DNA of 64,000 nt from an uncultured Gemmatimonadales bacterium (GTDB lineage: Bacteria; Gemmatimonadota; Gemmatimonadetes; Gemmatimonadales; Gemmatimonadaceae), in the NCBI GenBank assembly GCA_963851265.1, contig CAWKNZ010000002.1:448001-512000 (forward strand). The letters run 5' to 3'. Numbering within the stretch: the stretch's first letter is position 1; each line of letters opens with the position of its first letter. The notes below the pieces were generated by a model, which saw only the letters and a program-made list of their open reading frames with translations, made no database searches and was not told the DNA's origin. The position numbers and the translations under genes are program-made. Shown piece by piece: positions 1 to 10,449 of the stretch.

Positions 1-1
1 C

Positions 2-1252
2 GGCGCACTCGCGGCGGTGAAGGCTGCCGCCGCGCGCGCGAACGCCGAGCTCGGACTGCTCGCCCCCGACGTCGCCGACGCGGTCGAACGCGCCGCGGAC
101 GAGGTGCGCGCGGGGCGACACCACGAACACTTCCTCGTCGACATGATCCAGGGCGGGGCGGGCACCTCGACCAACATGAACGCGAACGAGGTCATCGCCA
201 ACCGCGCCCTCGAGCTGTTGGGCCGTCCGCGCGGCGCGTACGACACGGTGCACCCCAACTCGCACGTCAACCTCAGCCAGAGCACCAACGACGTCTACCC
301 GACGGCGGTGAAGCTCGCGCTGCACGAGAGCATCGACGCGCTGCGCGCGGCGATGCGCGTGCTGGCCGAGTCGTTCCTCGACAAGGGGCGCGAGTTCGCG
401 CCGTTCGTGAAGATGGGGCGCACGCAGCTCCAGGACGCCGTGCCGATGACGCTCGGGCAGGAGTTTCGCGCGTTCGGCCACACGATGCTCGAGGACGTCG
501 ACCGCCTCGGCGAAGTGCAGGGGCTGCTACGCGAGATCAACATGGGCGCGACGGCGATCGGCACCGGGATCACGGCGCCCGCCGGCTACGCCGAGGCCGT
601 CCGGCGCCACCTCGCCGCGATCACCAACCTCGAGCTCGTGACGGCGCCCGACCTCGTGGAGGCGACGGCCGACACGGGCGTGTTCGTCCAACTCTCGGGC
701 GTGCTCAAGCGGTGCGCGGTGAAGTTGTCGAAGATCTGCAACGACCTGCGCCTGCTGTCGTCGGGCCCGCGCGCGGGCCTGGGGGAGATCAACCTGCCGG
801 CCATGCAGCCGGGGTCGTCGATCATGCCCGGCAAGGTGAACCCGGTCATCCCCGAGGTGGTCAACCAGGTCTGCTTCGACATCGTCGGCGGCGACGTCAC
901 GGTGACCATGGCGGCCGAGGCCGGACAGCTCCAGCTCAACGTGTTCGAGCCGGTGATCGCCTACCGCCTGTTAGGCGGACTCGCCACGCTGCGCAACGCG
1001 TGCGACGTGCTGCGCGAGCGCTGCGTCGTCGGGATCACGGCGAACCCCGACCGCATGCGCCACTTCGTCGAGCACTCGATCGGCGTCGTCACCGCGCTCG
1101 TGCCCGTGATCGGCTACGAGGCGGCCACCGACATCGCGCGCGTGGCGCTCGCGAGCGGGCGCGGCGTGTTCGACCTCGTGATCGAGCGCGCGCTGATGAC
1201 GCGCGAGGAACTCGAGCACGCGCTCGACCCCGTGACGATGGTCGGGGTCTAA
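2..1252 (+). CDS. aspA: Aspartate ammonia-lyase (5'-partial)
   Basis: Fumarase/aspartase signature GSSIMPGKVNPVIPE, GGAGTSTNMNANEVIAN and KMGRTQLQDAVP; frame is open to the window edge. Confidence 0.9.
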   Translation, partial: GALAAVKAAAARANAELGLLAPDVADAVERAADEVRAGRHHEHFLVDMIQGGAGTSTNMNANEVIANRALELLGRPRGAYDTVHPNSHVNLSQSTNDVYPTAVKLALHESIDALRAAMRVLAESFLDKGREFAPFVKMGRTQLQDAVPMTLGQEFRAFGHTMLEDVDRLGEVQGLLREINMGATAIGTGITAPAGYAEAVRRHLAAITNLELVTAPDLVEATADTGVFVQLSGVLKRCAVKLSKICNDLRLLSSGPRAGLGEINLPAMQPGSSIMPGKVNPVIPEVVNQVCFDIVGGDVTVTMAAEAGQLQLNVFEPVIAYRLLGGLATLRNACDVLRERCVVGITANPDRMRHFVEHSIGVVTALVPVIGYEAATDIARVALASGRGVFDLVIERALMTREELEHALDPVTMVGV

Positions 1253-1255
1253 CGC

Positions 1256-1293
1256 GGACCCGACGCGGGTCCTTCCGCACTCACGTGCGGAAG
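1256..1293. terminator. Twin hairpins between convergent aspA and MCP
   Basis: GGACCCG-acg-CGGGTCC and CTTCCGCAC-tcac-GTGCGGAAG. Confidence 0.45.
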
Positions 1294-3083
1294 CCCGCGA
1301 TCAGCCGCCGCACCCCGGCCGCACCGGCCGCGAGCTGGTCGGCCGTCGCCGACACCTCCTCCACGCTCGCCGCCGTCTGTTCGGTGGCCGCTGCCACCGA
1401 TTCGGCGGCCGCCGCGTGCCGCCCCGCGGCGTCGCGCGCCCGCGCGAGCGCGTCGTCCGCGGCCGCGACCGCGGGCCGGCTTCCGCGCACGGCGTCCGAC
1501 ACCCGCGACGCCGATTCGGCCACGCGCGCGACCGCGGCGTCCACGCGTCCGAGCGCGCCGGACGCGCCCGCCGCCACGAACTCGGCGTCGCGCAGGCGCG
1601 CCGCACCGGCGTCGGCCGCCGCGACGGCGCCGGCCACCTGAGCCCGCATGCGTCGCACCTGGCCCGCGACCTCGTCGGCCGCCGCCGCGCTCTGTTCGGC
1701 GAGGGCGCGCACTTCGTCGGCGACCACCGCGAACCCGCGACCGGCCGGACCCGCGCGCGCCGCCTCGAGCGCGGCGTTCAGCGCGAGCAGGTGCGTCTGC
1801 GCGGCCACCTCGCCGATGACCGCCGCGAAGTTGTCGGCCACGCCCGCCGCGTCGCGCAGGGCCCCGAGCTCGCGGGCCGACGTGTCGGCGACCTCACGGG
1901 CGCCTAACAGCAGCGCCACCGCGCGCCCGATCTCCGCGCGCGCCGACTCGGCCGTCCGGCGGATCTCGCGCCCCGCGCGCTCGGCGTCCACCGCGGCCTG
2001 TCGGATCGCGAGCCCGCGCTCGGCGAGTTCGCGGACCGCGCCGCCGGCCGCGTCCAGCGCGCCGAGCTGGGTGGCCGCGCCCGCCGAGATCTCGAGTACG
2101 GCCCCGGTGACGTGCTGCGTCGCCGCGGCCGTGCCGGTCGCGTTCCCGGCGAGCTCGGCCGAGGCGGCCGAGACCTGGTCGGCCTCGTCCTGCACGCGCG
2201 CGAGCAGGGTGCGTAGCCGTTCGCGTGCCTGGTCGAGCGTGTGGCCCAGTCGTGCGTACTCTGCCGAGGCGTCGCGGTCGGACGCGTCGCGCGCGTTTGT
2301 TGGAGGGTTCCACCCCGTCCATGGGGCGGGGTGCTCGTCGGTCCGGCCGCGGGCGTCACGCAGGTCGCCCTCGCCCATCGCGCCGATTTCGGCGCCCAGG
2401 GCGGCCAGGGGTTCGGTGACCGCGCGCGACGTGCGCATGGCCGCGTACGCGCCGACCACGACGGCGGCGAGCAGCAGGCCGAGGAGCCCGGCCTCGCGCT
2501 CGCGCAGGAGCGCGGCGGCGTCGGCCTCGCGTTCGGCGGCGCGGACCGACGCGGCTGCGCGCAGACGCCCAAGCTCCTGCTCCACCTGGTCGACGTCGGC
2601 CGTGGCGCGCGCGACCGCTGCCGACGCGTCGGCGTGCTGGCCGACTGCGGCGTACGCGCGAACCATCGTCAGCCGCGCTTCGATCGCGGCCTGCGTGCGG
2701 CCGACCGCCTCCAGCCGCTCGCGCTCGACGTCGCCGAGGCCCGGCAGGGCGATCGCATCGCGCCGAAGGCCGTCGGCCTCTTCCATGGCGCGCTGATAGC
2801 GGCGCGCCGCCTCGTCGCCGCCGCTTTCGGCGTAATGCGTGCCGGCGACGATCTCGCGGAGGAGCGCGGGGCTGACCTGCCCCACGGTGTCGTAGTGCGC
2901 GTGAAGTGCCGCGACGATGGCGGCATGGCGCTCCGCCGCCGCGTCCAACGTCGCGAGTCCGAGCGCGCCGGCGGCGCCGAGCAGGGCGAGCGTTCCACCG
3001 AACCCGAGGCGGAGTCGGCCCGTGATCGTCCACCGCGGGAGCACGGCGCGGGCGGGCCCGGCGTCGGCCAGAGTGACGGTCAC
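1281..3083 (-). CDS. Methyl-accepting chemotaxis protein
   Basis: Two TM segments flanking a helical sensor domain, HAMP-like region, hairpin tip [38 protein letters not shown] start overlaps the upstream TGA (GTGA). Confidence 0.9.
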   Translation of the reverse strand: MTVTLADAGPARAVLPRWTITGRLRLGFGGTLALLGAAGALGLATLDAAAERHAAIVAALHAHYDTVGQVSPALLREIVAGTHYAESGGDEAARRYQRAMEEADGLRRDAIALPGLGDVERERLEAVGRTQAAIEARLTMVRAYAAVGQHADASAAVARATADVDQVEQELGRLRAAASVRAAEREADAAALLREREAGLLGLLLAAVVVGAYAAMRTSRAVTEPLAALGAEIGAMGEGDLRDARGRTDEHPAPWTGWNPPTNARDASDRDASAEYARLGHTLDQARERLRTLLARVQDEADQVSAASAELAGNATGTAAATQHVTGAVLEISAGAATQLGALDAAGGAVRELAERGLAIRQAAVDAERAGREIRRTAESARAEIGRAVALLLGAREVADTSARELGALRDAAGVADNFAAVIGEVAAQTHLLALNAALEAARAGPAGRGFAVVADEVRALAEQSAAAADEVAGQVRRMRAQVAGAVAAADAGAARLRDAEFVAAGASGALGRVDAAVARVAESASRVSDAVRGSRPAVAAADDALARARDAAGRHAAAAESVAAATEQTAASVEEVSATADQLAAGAAGVRRLIAGFRT

Positions 3084-4285
3084 GGAATCGAGGGCGAGGC
3101 GGCGGACACCACGGCGATCGTCACGCCGCGGCCGATCACGCCGTGGCGGGCGTCGAACGCGATCGGGCCGGCGACGCCACGGATCGCGGGCGTCGTGTGG
3201 CCGAGCGCGGCGAGCCAGTCGCGGACGCGCCGGCGCCGATCGGAGGCGTCGAGGTCGGTGGCGAGCGCGGCGCGTCCGAGGAGCAGGCCCGCCTCGTAGG
3301 CCATCGCGGCTCGGACGCCCGGGCGTTCGTGGTAGCGCGCCGTGTAGCGGGCGACGAACGCGCGGCCCTCGGCGGGCGCGCCGGGGCGGTCCGCGGCGGC
3401 GGCCGTGAACGGGACGGCGTAGCGCGCCCCGGCGAACTCGGCCGAGTCGGCGAGCGGGGCCACGGCGTCGCCGCCTAACAACGGCGTCCGGTCGCCCGCA
3501 GCGCGCAGCGCGCGGAGGAGGGCCGCGGCGTCCTCCGCGCTGCCCGGGAAGAGGATCACGTCCGGTCGGCGCGAGGCGAGAAAGCGGGCGTAGACCGGCC
3601 ACTCGGTGACGCCCGTGAGGTACGGGTCGCGCGTGGCGAGCGCGCCGCCGTGGCGTTCGAACGCGCGCCCGAACGCGGCGGCCCAGTCGCGGCCGTAGGC
3701 GTCGTTCCGGTAGACGATGGCCGCACGCCGCGCGCCGAGCGAGTCGGCGACGTAGGCGGCCACGGCACGGCTCGCCGTCTCGTCGTCGGGGGAGAGGCGA
3801 AACAACCAGGGCGAGCGGCCTGCGAGGGCGGCGCTCGTCGCCGTCGGCGTGATCGCGGCGACTGCGTGCGCGCCGTCGTGCTCGGCGTCTTCGAATACCG
3901 GCACCGCGTCGAGGGTGCGGCCGCTTTCCGGATCGCCGACGATGCCGATCACGGCCGGGTCGTCGCGCAGGCGTTCGGCGGCGGCGACCGCGCCGACGAC
4001 GCCGTGCGGCGTGGAACGCACGCTGAAGCGCAGCCCCCGCGCGCGCACGGCCGGCTCCGACGCGAGCGTTGCCGCGGCGAGCTCGACCCCGCGTTGGACC
4101 GCGGCCATGCCCGGCCGGTCGGGGTTGAGCGCCACGCCGATCGCGATCTCGCGTCGGCCCACGCTCGGTGCGGCCGCGGCGCGCGCGCACGACTGGGCAC
4201 AACTGGCGAGGATCACGACGTTGAGCACGTGCGTGATCGCGCGCGCTCGGTGTGATGAGCGGCCCGGCACACGGGGTGCTGGCAT
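3080..4285 (-). CDS. Periplasmic binding protein, branched-chain amino acid (LivJ/K-like) family
   Basis: C-terminal part of ORF 3080..6349: [49 protein letters not shown]. Confidence 0.8.
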   Translation of the reverse strand: MPAPRVPGRSSHRARAITHVLNVVILASCAQSCARAAAAPSVGRREIAIGVALNPDRPGMAAVQRGVELAAATLASEPAVRARGLRFSVRSTPHGVVGAVAAAERLRDDPAVIGIVGDPESGRTLDAVPVFEDAEHDGAHAVAAITPTATSAALAGRSPWLFRLSPDDETASRAVAAYVADSLGARRAAIVYRNDAYGRDWAAAFGRAFERHGGALATRDPYLTGVTEWPVYARFLASRRPDVILFPGSAEDAAALLRALRAAGDRTPLLGGDAVAPLADSAEFAGARYAVPFTAAAADRPGAPAEGRAFVARYTARYHERPGVRAAMAYEAGLLLGRAALATDLDASDRRRRVRDWLAALGHTTPAIRGVAGPIAFDARHGVIGRGVTIAVVSAASPSIP

Positions 4286-4537
4286 CGGGGGCGGGGCGGG
4301 CGTGTGGCGGTATGCGGTGGGGCGGGTCACCAGCACGACGACCAGCGCGCGCCACGCGAAACCGGCACGTATCGCTCGGCCGCGCGGTTCGTACTCGGCG
4401 TGCCCCACGCATGAGCTGGGTGTGCGCTCGCTTGCTCCTCTGGAAACGCGAGGTTTACCTTGCCCACGCCGCCTTTCGGTCGCGCCCGACTTTGGCACGA
4501 CCCGCGGACGCTCACACGCCGCCCTACTCCGACTGGC

Positions 4538-6076
4538 ATGACACGCAATTCCCGCCCGCGGCCACGCGGCATGGCCTCGGCCATCCGCGCGGTATCGGGC
4601 CGCGCAACGGCTTACGCGCTGCCGCTCGCGGCCGTCGCGCTGCTGGCGCTCACGGCCTGCGAGGGCCCGCACACGCCCGACTCGGTCCTCACGACGCATT
4701 CCGAGACGAACGTCGCGGTGCTCGGGCTTTGGAAATACCTGTTCTTCTTCGGCACGTTGGTCTTCATCGTCGTCGAAGCGCTGCTGATGTACGTGATCGT
4801 CAAGTTCCGGCGGCGTCCGGGCGACTCGATCGAGCCGCGGCACGTGCACGGCAACACCACGCTCGAGGTGCTGTGGACGGCGATTCCCGCCGTCATCCTG
4901 GTGTTCATCGCCGTGCCCACGGTGCGGACCATCTTCCGCACGCAGGCCAAGGCGAAGGCCGGCGCGCTGCAGGTCGAGGTGATCGGCCACCAGTGGTGGT
5001 GGGAGTTCCGCTACCCCGAGTACAACATCACGACGGCCAACGAGCTGTACCTCCCGACGGGGCGCACGGTGAACTTCGCGCTCAAGACGGCCGACGTGCT
5101 GCACTCGTTCTGGATCCCGGCGCTGTCGGGCAAGCGCGACCTCATCGCGAACCACACCAACTATCTCTGGTTCACGCCCGACTCCGCGCTTGGCGCGGCG
5201 GCGTGGAACGGGCACTGCGCGGAGTACTGCGGGGCGAGCCACGCGAACATGCGGTTCCGGGTCTACACGGTGCCGCCGGCGCAGTTCGCGAGCTGGGCGA
5301 AGGGGCAGCAGCAGGTGGCGGAGTTCGGCGCGACGCCGACGACCGCGGCCCCGGGGACGGGCGCGCCGCAGAGCAGCATGCCCGTTTCGGTGGGTGATTC
5401 GGCCGCGGCCAAGGCCACGGCGCGGCAGCAGGCGGGGATCGCGACGGCCGGCCCGAAGGCGCAGACCGACCAGCCCGCGGTGAACAGCGACGTCGCGGCT
5501 CGCAACAACCCGGCGCCGACGGTCAACGCGTCGGGCGCGGGTACGCCGCAAGCGGGCGTGGCCGGCGCGCGTCCGGGCACGGTCAAGCCGCAGGGGCCCG
5601 TGACGCCGCAGACCGCGCAGCAGCAGGCGACGTATGCGGACGTGCCGGCCGGCTACACGTTCCCGGCGGCCAACATGCCGTCGAACATCCTCCCGGCGAC
5701 GCCGATCCCGGCCGAGATCGGGCAGGCGACGCTGCTCGCGGGCGACGCGACGCGCGGGCTCGCGACGATCAAGACCAAGTCGTGCGGCGGCTGCCACTAC
5801 GTGAACGGCAACCCGGTGATGATGGGGAAGATCGGGCCGAACCTGACGCACATCGGCTCGCGGAACACGATCGCGGGCGGGCTCTTCCCGAACGACGTGT
5901 CGCACCTGTCGGCGTGGCTCAAGAACGCCCGCGCGATGAAGCCGGGGGTCACGATGCCGGCGCTCGGCATCGGGCAGTACGATCCGCTCACGAAGGCCAG
6001 GGTGACGCCGGCGCTCGGCGGGCTCACCAACCAAGAGGTCGCCGACATCGTGGCCTACCTGCACGCCCTGAAGTAA
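4538..6076 (+). CDS. coxB: Cytochrome c oxidase subunit II with C-terminal cytochrome c (caa3 type)
   Basis: Lipobox LALTAC, two TMs, QWWWEF, CuA ligands DVLHSFWIP and CAEYCGASHANM, heme c motif CGGCH plus GPNLTHIGSR and MP; start could be 4538 or 4571. Confidence 0.93.
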   Translation: MTRNSRPRPRGMASAIRAVSGRATAYALPLAAVALLALTACEGPHTPDSVLTTHSETNVAVLGLWKYLFFFGTLVFIVVEALLMYVIVKFRRRPGDSIEPRHVHGNTTLEVLWTAIPAVILVFIAVPTVRTIFRTQAKAKAGALQVEVIGHQWWWEFRYPEYNITTANELYLPTGRTVNFALKTADVLHSFWIPALSGKRDLIANHTNYLWFTPDSALGAAAWNGHCAEYCGASHANMRFRVYTVPPAQFASWAKGQQQVAEFGATPTTAAPGTGAPQSSMPVSVGDSAAAKATARQQAGIATAGPKAQTDQPAVNSDVAARNNPAPTVNASGAGTPQAGVAGARPGTVKPQGPVTPQTAQQQATYADVPAGYTFPAANMPSNILPATPIPAEIGQATLLAGDATRGLATIKTKSCGGCHYVNGNPVMMGKIGPNLTHIGSRNTIAGGLFPNDVSHLSAWLKNARAMKPGVTMPALGIGQYDPLTKARVTPALGGLTNQEVADIVAYLHALK

Positions 6077-6094
6077 CCTCGAGACGCACCCCTC

Positions 6095-8131
6095 ATGGCC
6101 ACCACGATTGCGCCGCCGCGATACGCGCCGGCCGACACGCGAGTCGACACGCACGTCGCCGAGGATACCGGCCTCTGGAGCTGGCTCACCACGGTCGACC
6201 ACAAGCGGATCGGGACGCTCTACCTCGTCACCTCGCTCGCCTTCTTCATCTGGGGCGGGCTCGAGGCGGGGCTGATCCGCGCGCAGCTCGCGCAGCCCAA
6301 CCAGCACCTCGTCTCGGCCGAGACGTACAACCAGCTGTTCACGATGCACGGCACGACGATGGTGTTCCTCGCCATCATGCCGTTGTCGGCGGCGTTCTTC
6401 AACCTGCTCATCCCGCTCCAGATCGGCGCCCGCGACGTCGCGTTCCCGCGGCTGAACGCGTTCTCGTACTGGATCTATCTGTTAGGCGGCATCTTCATCA
6501 CGCTGCCCGTGCTGTTCCACGCCGCGCCGGACGGCGGGTGGTTCGGGTACGCGCCGCTGACGACGAAGGCGCACTCGCCCGGGATCAACATCGACTTCTG
6601 GGTGATCGGGCTCCAGATCCTCGGCATCAGCACGCTGGCGGCGTCGTTCAACTTCATCACGACCGTCATCAACATGCGGGCGCCCGGGATGAACATGATG
6701 CGCATGCCCATGTTCACCTGGAACGCGTTCATCGTGCAGTTCCTGATCCTGCTGGCCTTCCCGGTCATCACGATCGCGCTCCAGTTCCTGATCTTCGACC
6801 GGTTCTTCGGGACCAACTTCTACACGACGGCCGCGGGCGCGGACCCGCTGCTCTGGCAGCACCTGTTCTGGATCTTCGGGCACCCCGAGGTCTACATCCT
6901 CATCCTGCCCGCGTTCGGGCTGGTGAGCGAGGTGATCCCGACGTTCAGCCGCAAGCCGATCTTCGGCTACCCGGTGATGGTGTACGCGACCACGCTGATC
7001 GGCTTCCTCGGCTTCGGCGTGTGGGCGCACCACATGTTCGCGGTGGGCATGGGCCCGGTGGCGGACTCGGTGTTCTCGCTGACGACGATGCTCATCGCGA
7101 TCCCGACGGGCGTGAAGATCTTCAACTGGATCTCCACGATGTGGGGCGGCGCGCTGCGCTTCACGACCGCGATGAAGTACGCGACGGCGCTCGTCGGCCT
7201 GTTCACGATCGGCGGCATCTCGGGCGTGATGCACTCCTCGCCCCCGGCCGACCTGCAGCAGACGGACTCCTACTTCATCGTCGCGCACTTCCACTACGTG
7301 CTGTTCGGCGGCTCGATGATGGGCCTGTTCGCCGGCATCTACTACTACTTCCCGAAGTTCAAGGGGCGCCTGCTCGACGAGAAGCTCGGCAGCTGGAGCT
7401 TCTGGACGATGCTGGTCGGGATGAATCTCACGTTCTTCCCGATGCACTTCTCGGGGCTGCTCGGCATGCCGCGCCGCGTGTACACGTACGACGCGGACCA
7501 GGGCTACTCCGGCTTCAACCTCGCCTCGTCGATCGGCACGGCCATCCTCATCGTCGGGGTCTGGTTCACGATCTACAACCTGATCAAGAGCTGGAACAAG
7601 GGCGAGAAGGCGGGCAACGACCCGTGGGGCGCGGGCACGCTCGAGTGGACCATCCCGTCGCCGCCGCCGGATTACAACTTCGCCGAGCTGCCGCGCGTGA
7701 CCTCGCGCTACCCGCTGTGGGACGTGAAGGCCCCGCAGCTGACGGCGGAGGTGCCGCACTCGGAGCAGGGGGACTCGCGCCTCGGGATCGGCGTGCCCGG
7801 CGCGGGCATGGGGGCGAACGGCGCCGAGGCGTCGCACACGCACGTCAACCCGACCGGCGGCGCCGGACCGTTGGGTGGCGCGCCGGTGATGGCGAACGCG
7901 ATGCAGCGCACGGGCGGCCGCCTGCCCACTGCGAAGGAACTCGGCATTCCGATGCCGAACCCCAGCATCATGCCGCTCGTCTGCGCGATGGGCGTGGTGG
8001 TGATGTTCTCGGGGCTGATGTTCCTCGAGAAGGACCTCAAGGTCGGGATCAGCGTGATGGCGTTCGGCGCGCTCTGGTGGGTCTCGTCGCTCTTCAACTG
8101 GCTCACGACCCCGCTCGAGGACGCGCACTAA
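6095..8131 (+). CDS. coxA: Cytochrome c oxidase subunit I
   Basis: DHKRIG, MHGTTM, WIFGHPEVY (A1-type), WAHHMF, AHFHYV, GMPRR. Confidence 0.97.
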   Translation: MATTIAPPRYAPADTRVDTHVAEDTGLWSWLTTVDHKRIGTLYLVTSLAFFIWGGLEAGLIRAQLAQPNQHLVSAETYNQLFTMHGTTMVFLAIMPLSAAFFNLLIPLQIGARDVAFPRLNAFSYWIYLLGGIFITLPVLFHAAPDGGWFGYAPLTTKAHSPGINIDFWVIGLQILGISTLAASFNFITTVINMRAPGMNMMRMPMFTWNAFIVQFLILLAFPVITIALQFLIFDRFFGTNFYTTAAGADPLLWQHLFWIFGHPEVYILILPAFGLVSEVIPTFSRKPIFGYPVMVYATTLIGFLGFGVWAHHMFAVGMGPVADSVFSLTTMLIAIPTGVKIFNWISTMWGGALRFTTAMKYATALVGLFTIGGISGVMHSSPPADLQQTDSYFIVAHFHYVLFGGSMMGLFAGIYYYFPKFKGRLLDEKLGSWSFWTMLVGMNLTFFPMHFSGLLGMPRRVYTYDADQGYSGFNLASSIGTAILIVGVWFTIYNLIKSWNKGEKAGNDPWGAGTLEWTIPSPPPDYNFAELPRVTSRYPLWDVKAPQLTAEVPHSEQGDSRLGIGVPGAGMGANGAEASHTHVNPTGGAGPLGGAPVMANAMQRTGGRLPTAKELGIPMPNPSIMPLVCAMGVVVMFSGLMFLEKDLKVGISVMAFGALWWVSSLFNWLTTPLEDAH

Positions 8132-8132
8132 C

Positions 8133-8813
8133 ATGGCGACCACCGTCACGACGATGACGTCCGCCAACCAGGCGGACACGCACACCGCGGGGCACTACAC
8201 GACCACGGGCCTCGACAACCGCAAGATCGCCATCTGGGCGTTCATCGGGTCGGAGTGCATGCTGTTCACGTCGCTCATCTCGACGTACCTGATCTACAAG
8301 GGGCGGTCGCTGGTCGGCCCGTTCCCACACGAGGTGTGGCGCGACCCGTCGACGGGGCACGTGTTCAAGCCGATTCTGAACATCCCCGTCACGTCGGCCT
8401 CGACGTTCGTGCTCCTCATGTCGTCGCTGTGCATGGTGCTCGCGCACAACGCGGTCGTGAACGCGGACAACCCGCGGAAGAGCCTGATCACCAACTCCAA
8501 GCTGTGGCTCGCCATGACGGCGATCCTCGGCGCGACGTTCCTCGGGTTCCAGGCCTACGAGTTCACCTCGTTCGTGCACGAGGGGCTGACGATCCGCACC
8601 AACCTGTTCGGGTCGAGCTTCTTCACGCTCACCGGCTTCCACGGCGGCCACGTGACCGCCGGCGTGATCTGGCTGCTCGCGCTGCTCGCGATCGACATGA
8701 AGCGCGGACTGCGGCCGAGCGACGCGCTCGCCGTCGACCTCGCGGCGCTGTACTGGCACTTCGTCGACGTCGTCTGGATCGTGATCTTCACGCTCGTATA
8801 CCTCATCCAGTAG
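8133..8813 (+). CDS. coxC: Cytochrome c oxidase subunit III
   Basis: WAFIGSECMLF, FFTLTGFHGGHV, YWHFVDVVW. Confidence 0.93.
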   Translation: MATTVTTMTSANQADTHTAGHYTTTGLDNRKIAIWAFIGSECMLFTSLISTYLIYKGRSLVGPFPHEVWRDPSTGHVFKPILNIPVTSASTFVLLMSSLCMVLAHNAVVNADNPRKSLITNSKLWLAMTAILGATFLGFQAYEFTSFVHEGLTIRTNLFGSSFFTLTGFHGGHVTAGVIWLLALLAIDMKRGLRPSDALAVDLAALYWHFVDVVWIVIFTLVYLIQ

Positions 8814-8822
8814 GAGCGCGCG

Positions 8823-9197
8823 ATGGCCAATCCCCCGTCCGCCAACCCCGTCGCGGCCCAGGCCGCGCACGACGACCACCAGGCCGCGCACGGCGATCAC
8901 CCGACCGCCGCCACGTACATCAAGGTCGGCGTCGTGCTCACGGCCATCACCGTGCTCGAGGTGTGGGCCTACTACATCCCGAGCCTGGTGGCGATGCGCG
9001 GCGTCTTCATCACGCTCCTGCTCTCGCTGTCGGCGGTCAAGTTCTTCACGGTGGTCATGTTCTACATGCACCTGAAGTACGACCACAAGCTGTTCCGTGC
9101 GCTGTTCACCGGCCCGTTCATCGTCGCGTCACTGACGCTCATCGGGCTGATGTTCCTGTTCGGGAAACTCGCCGTCCGGCTCGGACTGCTGGCCTGA
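8823..9197 (+). CDS. Cytochrome c oxidase subunit IV family protein
   Basis: Three TMs, KFFTVVMFYMHLKYD motif, position in operon. Confidence 0.85.
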   Translation: MANPPSANPVAAQAAHDDHQAAHGDHPTAATYIKVGVVLTAITVLEVWAYYIPSLVAMRGVFITLLLSLSAVKFFTVVMFYMHLKYDHKLFRALFTGPFIVASLTLIGLMFLFGKLAVRLGLLA

Positions 9198-9211
9198 TCC
9201 CCGCAGGTTCG

Positions 9212-9255
9212 GAAGCGGCCGGGCGGGGATCCGCTCCGGCCGCTTCGTGCGTTAT
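9212..9255 (+). terminator. Hairpin terminator after cox operon
   Basis: GAAGCGGCCGGGCGG-ggat-CCGCTCCGGCCGCTTC followed by a weak T tail (gtgcgttat). Confidence 0.6.
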
Positions 9256-9428
9256 GGGGTAGCAGGTGCGCGGTGTATTCCGCTGCGTTCGCTCGGATGG
9301 AACGCCCGCAGGCGTGCCGCGGGGTACGGGACCGTGAGCATGCGACATCCCGACGACCCGATCCCCGTCCCGACCGAGCGCCGGCGGTTCGCCGCCCTCG
9401 GGACGACATCTTCGCTGTTGGCTCTCCC

Positions 9429-10280
9429 ATGCTGATGCTTCTTCACCCCGTCGCGCAGCTCGGCGGGGGCGTATCGATCCACGCGAGTACCGTCATCGGC
9501 TCGCTGGCCGTCGGCGCGCTCTACGAATGGCGTGCGCGTCAGGCGGCCACGTCCGCCGCGGACGGTGCTCCCGCGGGCTCGCCCACCACCGCGCAGCGCG
9601 CGATGTTCTTCGGCGCGCTCGCCATCCTGCTGGCGACGCTCAACGGCCCGCTGCACGACCTGAGCGACACGTACCTGTTCTCGGCGCACATGGTCCAGCA
9701 CCTCGTGCTGGAGCTGGTCGTGCCGCCGCTCATGATCGCCGGCACGCCGGGGTGGATGCTGCGGCCGCTGATTCGCGGACCGCGGATGCGCCGCTTCGCC
9801 GAGGTGGCGCTGAGCCCGATCAGCTGCTTCGCGATCTTCAACGTGGTGCTGAGTGCGTGGCACCTGCCGCCGCTGTACAACCTCGCGCTCGCCGAGCACC
9901 CGGTGCACATCGTACAGCACCTGATGTTCCTCAGCGCGAGCGTGGTGATGTGGTGGCCGCTGCTGAGCCCGTTGCCGGAGCTGCCGCGACTCAGCTACCC
10001 GGGACAGATGCTGTACTGCTTCCTGATGACCCTTCCCATGTCGGTGGTCGCGGTTTGCATCACGATGGCCGACCGGGTGCTCTACCCGCTGTACGCGATC
10101 GCACCGCGCGTCGCGGGGATCTCGCCCCTCGAAGACCAGCGGTACGGCGGGCTCGTCATGTGGATTCCGGGCGGGATGTTTTTCTACATCGTGATGAGCG
10201 TCGTGTTCTGGATGTGGACGCACCGCGGCGGCGACGACCGGGCGGACGCACAGGCGCCGGTGGGAGTCCCGGCCGCGTAA
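9429..10280 (+). CDS. ctaG: caa3-type oxidase assembly factor CtaG
   Basis: LFSAHMVQH, WHLPPLY, HIVQH, DQRYGGLVMWIPGG. Confidence 0.9.
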   Translation: MLMLLHPVAQLGGGVSIHASTVIGSLAVGALYEWRARQAATSAADGAPAGSPTTAQRAMFFGALAILLATLNGPLHDLSDTYLFSAHMVQHLVLELVVPPLMIAGTPGWMLRPLIRGPRMRRFAEVALSPISCFAIFNVVLSAWHLPPLYNLALAEHPVHIVQHLMFLSASVVMWWPLLSPLPELPRLSYPGQMLYCFLMTLPMSVVAVCITMADRVLYPLYAIAPRVAGISPLEDQRYGGLVMWIPGGMFFYIVMSVVFWMWTHRGGDDRADAQAPVGVPAA

Positions 10281-10286
10281 GTCGGG

Positions 10287-10331
10287 AGCACGCGGCCCGC
10301 GCTCCGGCGTGGGGCCGTGTGCTGCCGTTTC
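10287..10331. terminator. Hairpin between convergent ctaG and YkuD-like gene
   Basis: AGCACGCGGCCC...GGGCCGTGTGCT stem followed by gccgtttc. Confidence 0.45.
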
Positions 10332-10449
10332 GTGGTGCTACGCCAGCGAGGGAGGAGCGTCGTTGCGGAATCGTTCTGCGGCGGGGTCGACCACACGGCC
10401 ATTCGGCGTGCGATCAGCTCGGGTGCCGGGAATCGCAGCGCGCTCCGCG

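Noticed and set aside
1281..6349. 1043-aa and 1089-aa ORFs as giant proteins
   Set aside because: Their N-terminal halves are Arg-rich shadow frames overlapping real genes; only the C-terminal parts carry domain motifs
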